From the IMG/VR virus record IMGVR_UViG_3300045988_122700: a stretch of DNA of 41,278 nt; one strand, written 5' to 3'. The notes under the pieces are model-generated. The model was not told the origin of the DNA, made no database searches, and saw only the letters and a list, made by a program, of their open reading frames with translations. The number at the start of each line of letters is the position of its first letter. The first letter of the stretch is position 1. This document shows, one piece after another, positions 40,788 to 41,278 of the stretch. The DNA comes from a virus. The position numbers and the translations under genes were made by a program.

Positions 40788-41278
40788 TACAGAAGGTTAT
40801 CAAATATAAATACGAAGGAAATACATATGACAGCTTTGCGCAGTTAAAACAGGCGTATCCTTATATCAGCTTTCCGGTCGGAGCAGATGCTGATGTTCTT
40901 TCGACTTTAGGGATTGAAAAGGTCGAAAAATACCCACCGCTGGAACGCTGTAAGGAAGTGCTTATTAATGCCGCTAAACTGCGTAGGGATACCGCAGAGG
41001 TCGCCCCTGTTGAGTACAAGGGCAATACCTATGACTTTGACACAAAAAGCCGTGACAGGCTAGATATTGCGTTAAAAGCATTGACAGTGCAGGGCGAAGG
41101 CGCAACAATCGGTTGGGCAATGGCAGACAACTCAACAGCTATAATTACCGCCGCTGATATTATGGGTGTTTTTGTAACCAGCGCAGTCAGAAGTAATGCG
41201 TTGCACGAGCGGTATCGAAAACAAAAAGCAGCAATCGAAAAAGCTGAAAGCGCAGAAGAATTAAATACAATTGAGTTG
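40784..41278 (+). CDS. Hypothetical tail-fibre-associated / assembly protein (5' portion; continues through the window end to the stop at 61-63)
   Basis: ATGA overlap with the upstream gene. The reading frame is open to the window end, and the terminal 55-mer is identical to the window start. Confidence 0.5.
   Translation, partial: MIQKVIKYKYEGNTYDSFAQLKQAYPYISFPVGADADVLSTLGIEKVEKYPPLERCKEVLINAAKLRRDTAEVAPVEYKGNTYDFDTKSRDRLDIALKALTVQGEGATIGWAMADNSTAIITAADIMGVFVTSAVRSNALHERYRKQKAAIEKAESAEELNTIEL

Noticed and set aside
1-41278. CRISPR arrays or large repeats
   Set aside because: Only short repeats were found (iterons, the tandem palindrome, the 20-bp start-context motif). There is no regularly spaced repeat-spacer structure.

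Overview
The window reads as a complete, circularly assembled temperate phage genome of about 41.2 kb. Nucleotides 1-55 are identical to 41224-41278, and an ORF starting at 40784 runs across this junction to a stop codon at 61-63. The host is probably a low-GC diderm Firmicute (Negativicutes, Veillonella-like). This is inferred from the ~40% GC and from a YadA-type trimeric autotransporter whose anchor is followed by a C-terminal extension. In window order the plus-strand layout is: a holin and a YkuD-fold lysin (66-1061); a three-gene outer-membrane cargo cassette comprising a trimeric autotransporter, a small membrane protein and a 1055-aa classical autotransporter (1204-6203); and a putative attP region. 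The lysogeny module then follows on the minus strand: tyrosine integrase, a lipoprotein, a short ImmA-like HExxH protein and an XRE repressor (6483-9048). Next comes a divergent switch region with an inverted-repeat operator and Cro (9049-9373). The early region contains an antirepressor, an excisionase-like protein, several small ORFs and three independently promoted minus-strand genes (9415-12948). The replication and recombination module follows: ERF, HNH, a replisome organizer containing internal iterons, RusA and an ArpU-like late regulator (12942-17707). A 380-bp GC-rich structured non-coding region lies at 17708-18094. The late operon runs from 18389 to 38328: small and large terminase, portal, scaffold, capsid and tail/virion proteins, with no recognisable tape-measure, tube or sheath, which suggests a podovirus-like virion. 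It ends in a 2166-aa giant virion protein carrying a PARP-like H-Y-E ADP-ribosyltransferase segment and an HExxH zincin motif ('polyvalent protein' type). A minus-strand two-gene moron (DUF805 membrane protein plus a YHYH-like secreted protein) sits at 38437-39024. A collagen-like tail fibre and two downstream ORFs (39106-41278, wrapping to 63) complete the genome. The points most worth follow-up are the phage-borne type V secretion adhesin cassette with a promoter poly-G tract, the polyvalent ART/zincin giant protein, and the independently promoted minus-strand morons. No tRNA, rRNA or CRISPR array was seen.
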